Positions 48,933 through 58,123 of a stretch of DNA of 64,000 nucleotides are shown in pieces. The position numbers and the translations under genes are program-made. How positions within the stretch are numbered: position 1 is the stretch's first letter; the number at the start of each line of letters is the position of its first letter. The notes beneath the pieces were generated by a model. The model searched no databases. It was not told where the DNA came from and worked only from the letters and a program-made list of their open reading frames with translations. Source of the DNA: Candidatus Woesearchaeota archaeon. Lineage in GTDB: Archaea; Nanobdellota; Nanobdellia; Woesearchaeales; DSVV01. The stretch is taken from the NCBI GenBank assembly GCA_018303075.1, contig JAGVYW010000001.1, forward strand, positions 7,156-71,155, given 5' to 3'.

Positions 48933-49025
48933 TACATCTGCATGAACGGAAGAATCTTCACAGCAGATGAAACTATCAAGATCCTATCAGAAGGAAGGTT
49001 TGCGTCTGTGTTTGGAGAGAGATAA
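48933..49025 (+). repeat. ~90-bp direct repeat, right copy: an orphan duplicate of the asparaginase-like gene's 3' end
   Basis: It encodes YICMNGRIFTADETIKILSEGRFASVFGER*, compared with ...YICMNGRIFTADETIKLLFEGRFASVFGEK* in the left copy. Confidence 0.7.
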
Positions 49026-49183
49026 GTATTAAACAATATATTTTTTTAAAATTATGTATTCCATACATGCTATCCAACTGGTTCTTTATTTCATCCTATA
49101 TTACAAAAACATAACATAAAATCCATTAAATATGTAAAATAAGATAAAATATATAAACTCTGCCTCCATGTATTAAATAATCC

Positions 49184-49324
49184 ATGAAGAAACCAATATC
49201 TGCAACCATTGATGAAACTCTGATAAAATGGATAGATAAAAAGCTCAAAGATTCTACAGCATATCGCAATAAATCACATTTGATAGAAATAGCACTGCAA
49301 AATATGAAGAAAGATGAGAAATAA
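49184..49324 (+). CDS. ribbon-helix-helix (CopG-family) small protein
   Basis: The 46-aa protein MKKPISATIDETLIKWIDKKLKDSTAYRNKSHLIEIALQNMKKDEK has beta-alpha-alpha RHH topology. It lies immediately upstream of the secretion ATPase and is not in the supplied ORF track because it is under 60 aa. Confidence 0.5.
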   Translation: MKKPISATIDETLIKWIDKKLKDSTAYRNKSHLIEIALQNMKKDEK

Positions 49325-49391
49325 CGTTAGTTGGTAGCAATTAGTTTGTAGTTATCAACTAATAAAAAATCGAACGGAGTGAAGATTTTTT

Positions 49392-52300
49392 ATGCAACAA
49401 AAAAAAGACTGGGATTTTGAAGTGATTAAAGAAGGAGAAGAAAATATATTGTACATATATTGTGAAGGGGTAAGCATATCGCCTTTAGTTGAAGATTCAA
49501 GTATTGTGATGATTAGAACAATCGATATTCTTTCTCAAGTATCCGGTATAAGCAAGATAATATTCAATCAAAAAAGAGATTATGAGTATGATTTCAAACA
49601 AACACAGATTCTTGCAGAGATTGCAGAACTTTATAAAAAACTAATAAAAGAAAAGAATTATTTCAATTATCCTACTGCTGGTAATTACGATAATAGGATT
49701 ATCAATCAGAAATATAATGAATTGCGAGAAATTATATTTAAACATATGAAAGGAGATCCTATTGGCGCATATATTGAATTAACAAGAATAATGCGAAGAG
49801 AAAAGATTGATCTTGAAAAAGTAGTTGAACAGATACAACAGGATATTACAAAAAGGTATATAGCAATAATAAGCTACGTTACAAGCCTTCTTGAAAAGAC
49901 AAGAATGCTAATACTTGCAAAACCATACATTGCTGGCTATAAAATTGGAGATAGAAGCGTTTACAAATACATTTTCACTCCGTCAATAAAGCCAGATTTT
50001 ATGTTTACAAAATTAATGGCTAATTTTCCAAGCAATGCTGAAGAGATTGATTCATACATAATTGGCGACGATACAGATGTTACTATCTTTCGTCTGCCTG
50101 ATTCAACAATAATACTCTATCATATTGTACCGCCTGAATTCAAGCTTCCTGAAGAAAAATATGAATTATTAGATATGGCAAGAAAAATTCTTGCAGAACA
50201 CAAGCCAAAACAAGAAGAGTTTACAGATCCAGAAAGGATGCGCGAGGTATTTTCTAATATTGGCAAGGACTTGCTTGAAGAGATTGCAACATCGAAGAAT
50301 ATTATGTTGAGAGAGAAAGAGCTGCAAAAATTAACGCAAATCTTAGTGCGATACACTATTGGTTTTGGGTTGATTGAAGTGTTATTGCAGGATGATGATA
50401 TGCAAGATATCTCAATCAACAGTCCATTGGGAAAGATACCTATATTCATTGTGCATGGAAAATATGGCGATTGCACAACAAATATTATCCCGACAAAATC
50501 AGAATCTGAAAGCTGGGCGTCAAAATTGAGATTAATCTCTGCCCGTCCATTAGACGAAGCAAATCCAATATTAGATACAGAATTAGAACTGCCTGGTGCA
50601 TCTACAAGAGTTTCTGTAATTACACGGCCATTAAATCCAACAGGACTAGCATTTTCTTTTAGAAAACATAGAGATAAACCCTGGACGTTACCATTGTTCA
50701 TTAAATTCAAAATGTTGAATCCTATTGCAGCTGGTTTAATCAGTTTCCTTGTTGATGGAACGCGGACAATTTTAATTGCAGGAACAAGAAGTGCAGGAAA
50801 ATCATCTTTTTTGACAGGGGTGCTTGTTGAGATTATGAGAAAGTATAGGATAATAACAGTAGAAGACAGCGTTGCAGGTGATTCTGAGATATTAATCAGA
50901 AATAATAATAAATGGCAAAGAACAACAATAGGGAATCTTATTGATAAACAGCTAGAGAAACAAGTTTCATTACAGACATTTTCTGGACATGAGGTTGCAG
51001 AAAATACTGAAGATATTGAAATTTTTGCAATGAACAAAAAAGGAAAGATCGTAGTCACAAAACCTTCTGTATTTATTCGACATAAAGTAACAAAACCAAT
51101 CTATGAGATAAAAACAAGAACAGGAAAGATATTGAAAGTAACAGGAGATCATTCTCTATTTGCAATTGGAGAAAACGCAGAGATTTCAGAGGCAAAAGTG
51201 AATAATCTAAACATCGGAAACAAAATAGCTGTAGCAAGAAAACTACCGTTAATCAATCAAGAAAAAGAATTTATGAACATATTATACGATGTAATTGAAA
51301 GAACAGATTCATTTATTACAGGTTTAACAACAAACTATTGCTTAGAACATCATTTTAATGATATATTATCATTTGGTTCAGCAAGAAATGTTAGCTCTGC
51401 AACAATAAAAAGTTGGAGAAGAAACAAAGTTCTTCCTGGATATATTGCTAAAGATCTTATGACACTCCATCAAACACTTGACTTTTCAACAGATAAATTC
51501 AGAATCAATAATTCACAGAAATTGATATCATTAAAGATACAATTGAATGAAGATTTTATGACATTTATTGGATTATGGATTGCAGATGGGTGTTATGATA
51601 AAAAATCAATTATCATATCCTGCAATGATCCAGAAGACAGAGCAGTTGTAGAAAAAGTTGGAAAAAGCTTTGGAATACAATACAAGATGCATAGTGATGG
51701 CATTTCATATATGCTCAATTCCAAAACATTGAAAGTGGTATTGCAGGATATTCTTTCATGCACTGGGGATTCATACACTAAAAGAGTTCCTGGATGGATA
51801 TACACACTCTCCCCGCAGCAAATTGCTGCATTTTTACGAGGAGTATTTACTGGCGATGGCTGCGCTACAGACAAAGAAATAGTAATCAATCTTTGTAGCA
51901 GGCATCTTCTCTCTGATATGCAAACATTACTCTTGATTTTCAATATTAGTCTGAGAATAGGGAATTTTATTCCAAGAGATAAAACAATACGAGCTGCTAT
52001 CTCTGGAAACGAATATCTAACAAGTTTTGCAAAATATATTGGATTTCTACAACCATATAAAAACAATGTTCTTTCAAGACTTTGTGAGAAAAAGATAACT
52101 CATGATACAACAGATACATTTGATTTAAGAATAAATACAAAAATAGAACTTGCTAACTTATTTGGCAAGAGATTCAATAAAAATGATTACATAAACAGAA
52201 ATAACAGCATAGGAAGAAGAAAACTTACATCATTATTGCAAGTACAATCGCAAACACAGATGCTAGAGTTACAGCATCAAATACTAGAAAACTTAAAGCA

Positions 52301-53234
52301 ATTGCTTGAATCAGATATATATTGGGATGAGATAATTGAGATAGAAAAAATGGAGAATTTTGAAGGATATGTCTATGACCTTTCTGTACCTGATTATGAA
52401 AGCTTTATCTGTAGAAATATTATAGCACACAATACGTTAGAGTTGCCTAACAAAGCTTTTCGTGATCTTGGATTTAACATACAATCAATGAAAGTTGCAA
52501 GCGCATTGGCCCATGATTCAACAGAAGTTTCTGCTGAAATTGGAATCAGAACAACACTTCGTCTAGGAGATTCAGCATTGATTGTAGGAGAAGTTAGAAG
52601 TAAAGAAGCAGTTGCATTGTACGAAGCAATGCGTGTTGGCGCTGCTGCAAATGTTGTTGCAGGAACAATTCACGGCGATTCTCCTTATGGGGTATATGAC
52701 AGAGTTGTAAATGATATTGGCATTCCCAAGACATCATTCAAAGCAACAGACATCATCATTGTTACAAATCCAATAAAATCAGCAGATGGTATGCATAAAT
52801 ACAAGAGAGTTACACAGATAACAGAAGTGCGAAAGCGCTGGGAAAATGATCCAATGGAGGAAAAAGCATTTGTTGATCTGATGAAATATGAGCCAAAAAC
52901 AGATGAATTATTGATCACTCCTGACCTAAAAAATGGCGATTCAGAAATTCTCAAAGCAATTGCAGGAAATGTCAAGGAATTTGCTGGCAGCTGGGATGCA
53001 GTATGGGATAATATCCTTTTACGTGGAACAATTAAAGAGAATATAGTGAAGATGGCAGAACAAACAAAAAATGACGAATTATTGGAGGCTCCATTTGTGA
53101 CAAAAGCTAATGACATGTTCCACATAATATCTGAAAAAGTAAAAGAAGAAGTTGGTTTTTTAGACAGTAAAAAGATACTCTTTCAATGGAATGATTGGTT
53201 GAGTAGAGAAGTAAGAAAGACGCAGAAAAGTTGA
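49392..53234 (+). CDS. type II/IV secretion-family ATPase (FlaI/GspE/VirB11-like) containing a large intein
   Basis: The Walker A site is AGTRSAGKSS. The Asp box RIITVED|TLEL is split by the intein. Downstream motifs are LIVGEVRSKEA and TIHGDSP (the His box). The extein is about 758 aa with a long N-terminal domain. Confidence 0.85.
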   Translation: MQQKKDWDFEVIKEGEENILYIYCEGVSISPLVEDSSIVMIRTIDILSQVSGISKIIFNQKRDYEYDFKQTQILAEIAELYKKLIKEKNYFNYPTAGNYDNRIINQKYNELREIIFKHMKGDPIGAYIELTRIMRREKIDLEKVVEQIQQDITKRYIAIISYVTSLLEKTRMLILAKPYIAGYKIGDRSVYKYIFTPSIKPDFMFTKLMANFPSNAEEIDSYIIGDDTDVTIFRLPDSTIILYHIVPPEFKLPEEKYELLDMARKILAEHKPKQEEFTDPERMREVFSNIGKDLLEEIATSKNIMLREKELQKLTQILVRYTIGFGLIEVLLQDDDMQDISINSPLGKIPIFIVHGKYGDCTTNIIPTKSESESWASKLRLISARPLDEANPILDTELELPGASTRVSVITRPLNPTGLAFSFRKHRDKPWTLPLFIKFKMLNPIAAGLISFLVDGTRTILIAGTRSAGKSSFLTGVLVEIMRKYRIITVEDSVAGDSEILIRNNNKWQRTTIGNLIDKQLEKQVSLQTFSGHEVAENTEDIEIFAMNKKGKIVVTKPSVFIRHKVTKPIYEIKTRTGKILKVTGDHSLFAIGENAEISEAKVNNLNIGNKIAVARKLPLINQEKEFMNILYDVIERTDSFITGLTTNYCLEHHFNDILSFGSARNVSSATIKSWRRNKVLPGYIAKDLMTLHQTLDFSTDKFRINNSQKLISLKIQLNEDFMTFIGLWIADGCYDKKSIIISCNDPEDRAVVEKVGKSFGIQYKMHSDGISYMLNSKTLKVVLQDILSCTGDSYTKRVPGWIYTLSPQQIAAFLRGVFTGDGCATDKEIVINLCSRHLLSDMQTLLLIFNISLRIGNFIPRDKTIRAAISGNEYLTSFAKYIGFLQPYKNNVLSRLCEKKITHDTTDTFDLRINTKIELANLFGKRFNKNDYINRNNSIGRRKLTSLLQVQSQTQMLELQHQILENLKQLLESDIYWDEIIEIEKMENFEGYVYDLSVPDYESFICRNIIAHNTLELPNKAFRDLGFNIQSMKVASALAHDSTEVSAEIGIRTTLRLGDSALIVGEVRSKEAVALYEAMRVGAAANVVAGTIHGDSPYGVYDRVVNDIGIPKTSFKATDIIIVTNPIKSADGMHKYKRVTQITEVRKRWENDPMEEKAFVDLMKYEPKTDELLITPDLKNGDSEILKAIAGNVKEFAGSWDAVWDNILLRGTIKENIVKMAEQTKNDELLEAPFVTKANDMFHIISEKVKEEVGFLDSKKILFQWNDWLSREVRKTQKS
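50868..52433 (+). mobile_element. intein (522 aa) with a LAGLIDADG homing-endonuclease domain, inserted in the Asp box of the secretion ATPase
   Basis: Block A begins with Ser: SVAGDSEILI. The LAGLIDADG motifs are FIGLWIADG and FLRGVFTGDG. The C-terminal block is VYDLSVPDYESFICRNIIAHN followed by the +1 Thr. Removing the intein restores RIITVEDTLELP. Confidence 0.8.
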
Positions 53235-53271
53235 TAATTATTATTTGGTCAATAGAATAATCAGAATGTGA

Positions 53272-55485
53272 ATGATAATGGCAGACAAAGAAGAAGAAAT
53301 GAGAAGATTAATGGAAAAGTATAAGAAGAAGATGAATCAGCAGTTTGGAGAATCTTCTTTTGAGGAATATACACCTGAAAAGATAACAAGTGTTGAGTAT
53401 GAAAAATTCAAGAAAGAGCGTATGCCAAAGATATTGACATGGTATGAAAAAACATGTAATTTCTGCGGTAATATCTTAAAATTAAAACCAGGAAAAGAAG
53501 ATGAAGCAGATATAATTGAATCATTAAGAATTGCGCACATTGAAACAACACCAGAGGGCGTAACTCGTTTTTCTATACTTATTCCATTCTTATTAATTGT
53601 AGGTGGTGTATTACTAAGCATTGTAATACCTGGAATCTTTGGCGGCAGTCCAAGCACATTTTTTATAATGATATTTATTTTTATTGGATTAGTTATGATG
53701 TTTTCTCTAAAATCATTGCCGCGATTTTTTGCTGATCATTACAGATTAGAAGCAAGCAATGAGATGGTTTTGTCCATATTTTATATTGTAACATATATGA
53801 GACACACATCAAACCTAGAGCTTGCTGTTCGTTTTGCATCTGATCATTTAACAGGACAATTAGCATTAGATTTAAAGAAAGTACTATGGGATGTTGAAAC
53901 AGAGAAATATGGCAATATTAAAGAATCAATTGATAATTACTTAGAAACTTGGAGAAAGTGGAACATGGAATATATTGAAGCATTCCATTTAATTGAATCT
54001 TCATTATACGAAACATCTGAACCTAGAAGAATTGAGATGTTAGAAAAAAGCCTTAATTTAATTCTTAGTGAAACATATGAAAAGATGCTGCATTATGCAC
54101 ATAATCTAAAATCTCCAATTACAATGCTTCACATGTTAGGAATAATCCTGCCAGTCTTAGGATTAGTTATGCTGCCATTAATTGTAAGTTTCATGGGTAA
54201 TGTAAAATGGTATTATATAGCAACTATCTATAACATTATTCTTCCAATTGGTGTATATTATCTTGGAAAAAATATACTCTCACAACGTCCAACTGGCTAT
54301 GGTGATACTGATGTCAGCGATGAAGTACCAAGCTTAAAAAAATATAAGAATATCAATTTTAAGTTAGGAGCTGTTGAATATTCAATAAATCCTGCGTATA
54401 TGTGTATAGGTATTGGAATACTATTTTTACTTATTGCATTATTACCTATAATGCTGCATGTAGTAGGTTTTCCAGATCTTGGTTTTGGTGAAGAGGATAA
54501 AGGAACAGGTTGTATGAAAACATTTTGTTTATTGGATTATAGAGAAGTAACAACTGCAGAAGAAACATTTATTGTTGGTCCATTTGGATTTATTGCCTCA
54601 ATTCTTAGTTTGTTCTTTCCATTAGCAATTGCTTTCTCACTTGGATTGTACTACAAGATGAGCAGTCAAAATATTATCAAAATTCGAGAAGATACAAAAA
54701 AGCTTGAGAATGAATTTGCATCTGGTTTATTTCAGTTAGGCAACAGATTAGGAGATGGAATTCCAGCTGAAAGTGCATTTGGAAAGGTTGCAGAAGTTAT
54801 GCAGAATAATGAAGCAGGAAAATTTTTTTCAATAGTTAATCAAAATATCCTAAAATTAGGGATGGATGTAGAAACAGCAATATTTAACAGTAAAACTGGA
54901 GCAATTGTTTCATTTCCATCACAAATGATTAATAGTTCTATGAAAGTATTAATTCAATCAGTAGAAAAAGGTCCAAAGATTGCTGCACAATCTCTAGTAA
55001 ATGTTTCTAGGTATATTAAAGAAATGCATCGTGTTAATGAACGATTAAAAGATCTTTTGGCAGATGTTATTTCTTCAATGAAGTCACAAATAAGTATTAT
55101 GACACCAGCAATCGCTGGAATAGTTGTAGGCATTACATCAATGATTGTTAATATATTGGGAAAACTTGGTCCAATGTTAAAAGCAAAACAAGCAGAACAA
55201 TCAGGAGTAGCCGGGGCATTCCAAGGGGTTGATTTCTTTAATGTTGGCATACCTGTATATTACTTTCAACTTGTTGTAGGAATCTATGTTGTACAAATAA
55301 TCTATATCCTAACTATTTTAGTAAATGGAATTGAAAATGGCACTGACAAACTGCAAGAAAATTACTTACTAGGAAAAAACCTTATAAGAAGCACAATAAT
55401 CTATGTAGGAATATCATTAGTAGTAATGATTGCATTCAACTTAATAGCTAATGCAGTCATTGGTGGAGTGTTGGGTGCGGGATAG
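53272..55485 (+). CDS. FlaJ/TadC-like polytopic membrane platform protein of an archaeal type IV pilus/archaellum-like system
   Basis: The 737-aa protein has two blocks of transmembrane helices separated by cytoplasmic domains, and it lies immediately downstream of the FlaI-like ATPase, as in flaI-flaJ and tadA-tadBC pairs. Confidence 0.6.
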   Translation: MIMADKEEEMRRLMEKYKKKMNQQFGESSFEEYTPEKITSVEYEKFKKERMPKILTWYEKTCNFCGNILKLKPGKEDEADIIESLRIAHIETTPEGVTRFSILIPFLLIVGGVLLSIVIPGIFGGSPSTFFIMIFIFIGLVMMFSLKSLPRFFADHYRLEASNEMVLSIFYIVTYMRHTSNLELAVRFASDHLTGQLALDLKKVLWDVETEKYGNIKESIDNYLETWRKWNMEYIEAFHLIESSLYETSEPRRIEMLEKSLNLILSETYEKMLHYAHNLKSPITMLHMLGIILPVLGLVMLPLIVSFMGNVKWYYIATIYNIILPIGVYYLGKNILSQRPTGYGDTDVSDEVPSLKKYKNINFKLGAVEYSINPAYMCIGIGILFLLIALLPIMLHVVGFPDLGFGEEDKGTGCMKTFCLLDYREVTTAEETFIVGPFGFIASILSLFFPLAIAFSLGLYYKMSSQNIIKIREDTKKLENEFASGLFQLGNRLGDGIPAESAFGKVAEVMQNNEAGKFFSIVNQNILKLGMDVETAIFNSKTGAIVSFPSQMINSSMKVLIQSVEKGPKIAAQSLVNVSRYIKEMHRVNERLKDLLADVISSMKSQISIMTPAIAGIVVGITSMIVNILGKLGPMLKAKQAEQSGVAGAFQGVDFFNVGIPVYYFQLVVGIYVVQIIYILTILVNGIENGTDKLQENYLLGKNLIRSTIIYVGISLVVMIAFNLIANAVIGGVLGAG

Positions 55486-55582
55486 ATGAGAATAAGAAAG
55501 GAGTAGGTAAGAAACTAAAAAGTCTTGTTCTTGATCATTGTAATTATTCTGTATAAAATTGCTAAACGCCATTTTAATCACC

Positions 55583-55879
55583 TCACTGCTCTTCAGTTGC
55601 TTCATCAAGATAACCTTGCATGAAACTTTCTTCCCAAGCTTTTAATTCATCATTAATGCAAAATTCTTCTAGATGATCTTTTGAATAGATGTCAGCATCA
55701 TTGTTATCAGCAAACTCTTGTTCGAGCTTTTCAAATGCAATTCTTGCTGAAATCATTCGTCTTTTGTTTCTATTCCTTTTTGCTTCTTGATTAGAATCTT
55801 GAAAGTCAAAGTATACATAATTATCTTGTTCTTGTTCATATCCCTGATTAACTAATTGTATTGTATTCATATTGCTCAC
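55583..55879 (-). CDS. small acidic hypothetical protein
   Basis: A 98-aa Glu/Asp-rich protein with no recognised motif. Confidence 0.3.
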   Translation of the reverse strand: MSNMNTIQLVNQGYEQEQDNYVYFDFQDSNQEAKRNRNKRRMISARIAFEKLEQEFADNNDADIYSKDHLEEFCINDELKAWEESFMQGYLDEATEEQ

Positions 55880-56411
55880 CTCTTTATACCAAAAATCTTT
55901 ATAAAATAATTTACTGCTGTAAATTATTTTTTAATTATAAAACTACGATTTTGTTATTTTACATCTTAACTATACTACATTTCTTGCTGCTTTCTTGGAA
56001 AGCATTGTTATTCTTTCAACAAACAAGCCATGGATTGTATCATAACTCATATCATTGCAAGTATATTGTTCATCAAGCCTATACATCATAATCACCTCTG
56101 TTATTTTTTTCATATCTTCTATTGTAGGACTTAGTAAAATAATAAGACAAAGGGCTTTAGGGGTTGAATCGCCCTTGTCAAAGTCAAACAAAATAAGTAT
56201 TATAGTAGAATAAGTCCTTTATATACTTCACAGCTCCATGTCCAGTGACCAGTGCAGAGTGTTTATAGTGGCCAGTGGACATCAGTTTCACAGTGCTCAG
56301 CTATTATTCGCTCAATTGAAATCGCTCAATTTAAAAAATAGACTTTTCCAAATTAAATCAGAACAACATTTATAAATCTTCAATTACTCCAGCAATTAAG
56401 GTGAGAATATT

Positions 56412-56852
56412 ATGCAAATTAAAGATTTACAGCCAAAACAAGGAAAAGTTGATATTACTGTTGATGTTGTTGAAAAAGCAGCTCCTAAGGAATTTCAAAA
56501 ATTTGGGAATCCTGGGAAATTATGTAATATAAAAATAAAAGATGAAACTGGGCAGACAACAATGACATTGTGGAATGAACAAGTTGAAAAAATAAACATT
56601 GGTGACAAAATAAAAATTACTAATGGTTATGTCAATGAGTGGCAGGGTGAGCTACAATTATCAACTGGTAAATTTGGAAAATTAGAGGTTGTTGGCAAAG
56701 CTGTTCTAAATGAGAAATCAAATAATTCTCCAAAACCAATTGGGGTTGAAGAAGAAGAAGAGATTGACGATACAACAGAAAAAGAATCTGAAGAAGCAGA
56801 TGAAGAAGAATCAGACAGCCATGACAATATTGAAGAAGAAGAGATAAACTAA
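56412..56852 (+). CDS. ssb: single-stranded DNA-binding protein (single OB-fold archaeal SSB with acidic C-terminal tail)
   Basis: The OB-fold pattern matches Sulfolobus-type SSB (VDITVDVVE...DETGQTTMTLWNE...GELQLSTGKFGKLE). The C-terminal tail is EEEEIDDTTEKESEEADEEESD. Confidence 0.65.
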   Translation: MQIKDLQPKQGKVDITVDVVEKAAPKEFQKFGNPGKLCNIKIKDETGQTTMTLWNEQVEKINIGDKIKITNGYVNEWQGELQLSTGKFGKLEVVGKAVLNEKSNNSPKPIGVEEEEEIDDTTEKESEEADEEESDSHDNIEEEEIN

Positions 56853-56911
56853 TAATTTTGAGAAATAGCAATTTCTCAAAATTATTATTCTTAAACCAAC
56901 AAGAGATTTTT

Positions 56912-57463
56912 ATGAAAGAGATTGAAGTAAAGGTACTTGAAATTAATCAACAAGAGATAATAAAAAGATTAGAATCTCTTGGCGCAAAAAGAATTCTAAG
57001 CAATGCTTTGATTGAAGATTGCAGATTTGATTTTCGGGATAATCTTCTTAAGAAAAAGAAAGAATTGCTGAGACTAAGAAAGATTGAGAAAGATGCTTAC
57101 CTTACATATAAAAACAACTATTCTGTACAAAATAATGTCCGCAACCAAGATGAATTCGAAACAAAAGTTGGAGATTCTGAACAGATGAAAAATATTTTAT
57201 TAGGATTGGGTTTGCAAGTTAAAAGTATTCGCCAAAAACGAAGAACATCTTATTTATATCAAGATATAAGAATAGAAATTGATAATTTCCCAAAAATTCC
57301 AGTATTTCTTGAGATTGAAGCGCCATCTGAACAGAAAATCAGACAAATGCTTGAAATATTAGATATACCTTTAGAAAAAGCAATCCCTTTAACAAGCGGG
57401 GAAGTACTAAAGAAATATTGTAAAGATGACAAACATCTAATTTTTCCAAATTCTAATACATAA
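56912..57463 (+). CDS. CYTH-domain protein (CyaB/thiamine-triphosphatase-like triphosphate tunnel metalloenzyme)
   Basis: The N-terminus carries the ExExK motif (MKEIEVKVLE). The length (~180 aa) and charged beta-barrel pattern fit the family. An alternative start lies at 56858. Confidence 0.6.
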   Translation: MKEIEVKVLEINQQEIIKRLESLGAKRILSNALIEDCRFDFRDNLLKKKKELLRLRKIEKDAYLTYKNNYSVQNNVRNQDEFETKVGDSEQMKNILLGLGLQVKSIRQKRRTSYLYQDIRIEIDNFPKIPVFLEIEAPSEQKIRQMLEILDIPLEKAIPLTSGEVLKKYCKDDKHLIFPNSNT

Positions 57464-57498
57464 ACTATATAAATAATTCAATAAACTCAATAATTAAT

Positions 57499-57572
57499 GG
57501 GTCGGTAGCTCAGCCTGGGAGAGCACACGGCTGAAGACCGTGGCGTCATGGATTCAAATTCCATCCGGCCCA
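57499..57572 (+). tRNA. tRNA-Phe(GAA), no encoded CCA
   Basis: The acceptor stem pairs GGGUCGG with CCGGCCC, followed by the discriminator A. The D-arm is GCUC-AGCCUGGGA-GAGC. The anticodon arm CACGG-CUGAAGA-CCGUG gives anticodon GAA. The T-arm is AUGGA-UUCAAAU-UCCAU. Confidence 0.85.
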
Positions 57573-57894
57573 TTCATTCTTCTTAATATTAATAAATTAT
57601 TAAGTTCAAACTTAACAATTTATACTTTATATAAAATATAAGCAATAATTATATATAAACTACACACCTAACATTATCATTGGTTATAAAACTATGGAGA
57701 AAAGTTGGGTGTGAGATGAAAAGATTATAATCATAGTGATAGAGATATCACAGCTATTAACTACCAAAAATCCACAAACAAAGATATTCTCTACAATAGA
57801 AATATTGTAGAGAAGTCTTTTTTTATTAGTTGGAACTAAGAAAAGAAAGAATTTACATATCTGTATGTGATTCTATAATCTGAATTAATACTTA

Positions 57895-58098
57895 TTGGTG
57901 AGAACAATGTCATTTAAACAATTATTTGGATTAGAAGCAACAGAATTAACTGATGCTGAAATATTAAACAAGATCAACGAAGCAGAATCAAAGAATTTAG
58001 ATAAAGTTAGTTTTCTTCTCCCAAATGGTACTTCAATTGAAATAAAATTGCAGCATTCAGATTATTTTGAATGCGGTATTAAAGATGGCAATTCATAG
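57895..58098 (+). CDS. hypothetical small protein
   Basis: A 67-aa ORF preceded by a palindrome-rich AT region. It has no recognised motif. Confidence 0.2.
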   Translation: MVRTMSFKQLFGLEATELTDAEILNKINEAESKNLDKVSFLLPNGTSIEIKLQHSDYFECGIKDGNS

Positions 58099-58123
58099 AA
58101 AGAATTTCATTATTTAGCCAATA

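Noticed and set aside
55970-56191. 73-aa minus-strand ORF in the long low-coding region upstream of ssb.
   Set aside because: It has no recognisable motif and no clear RBS/TATA context, and it overlaps the repeat-rich region. Coding status is undetermined, so it is not listed as a feature.
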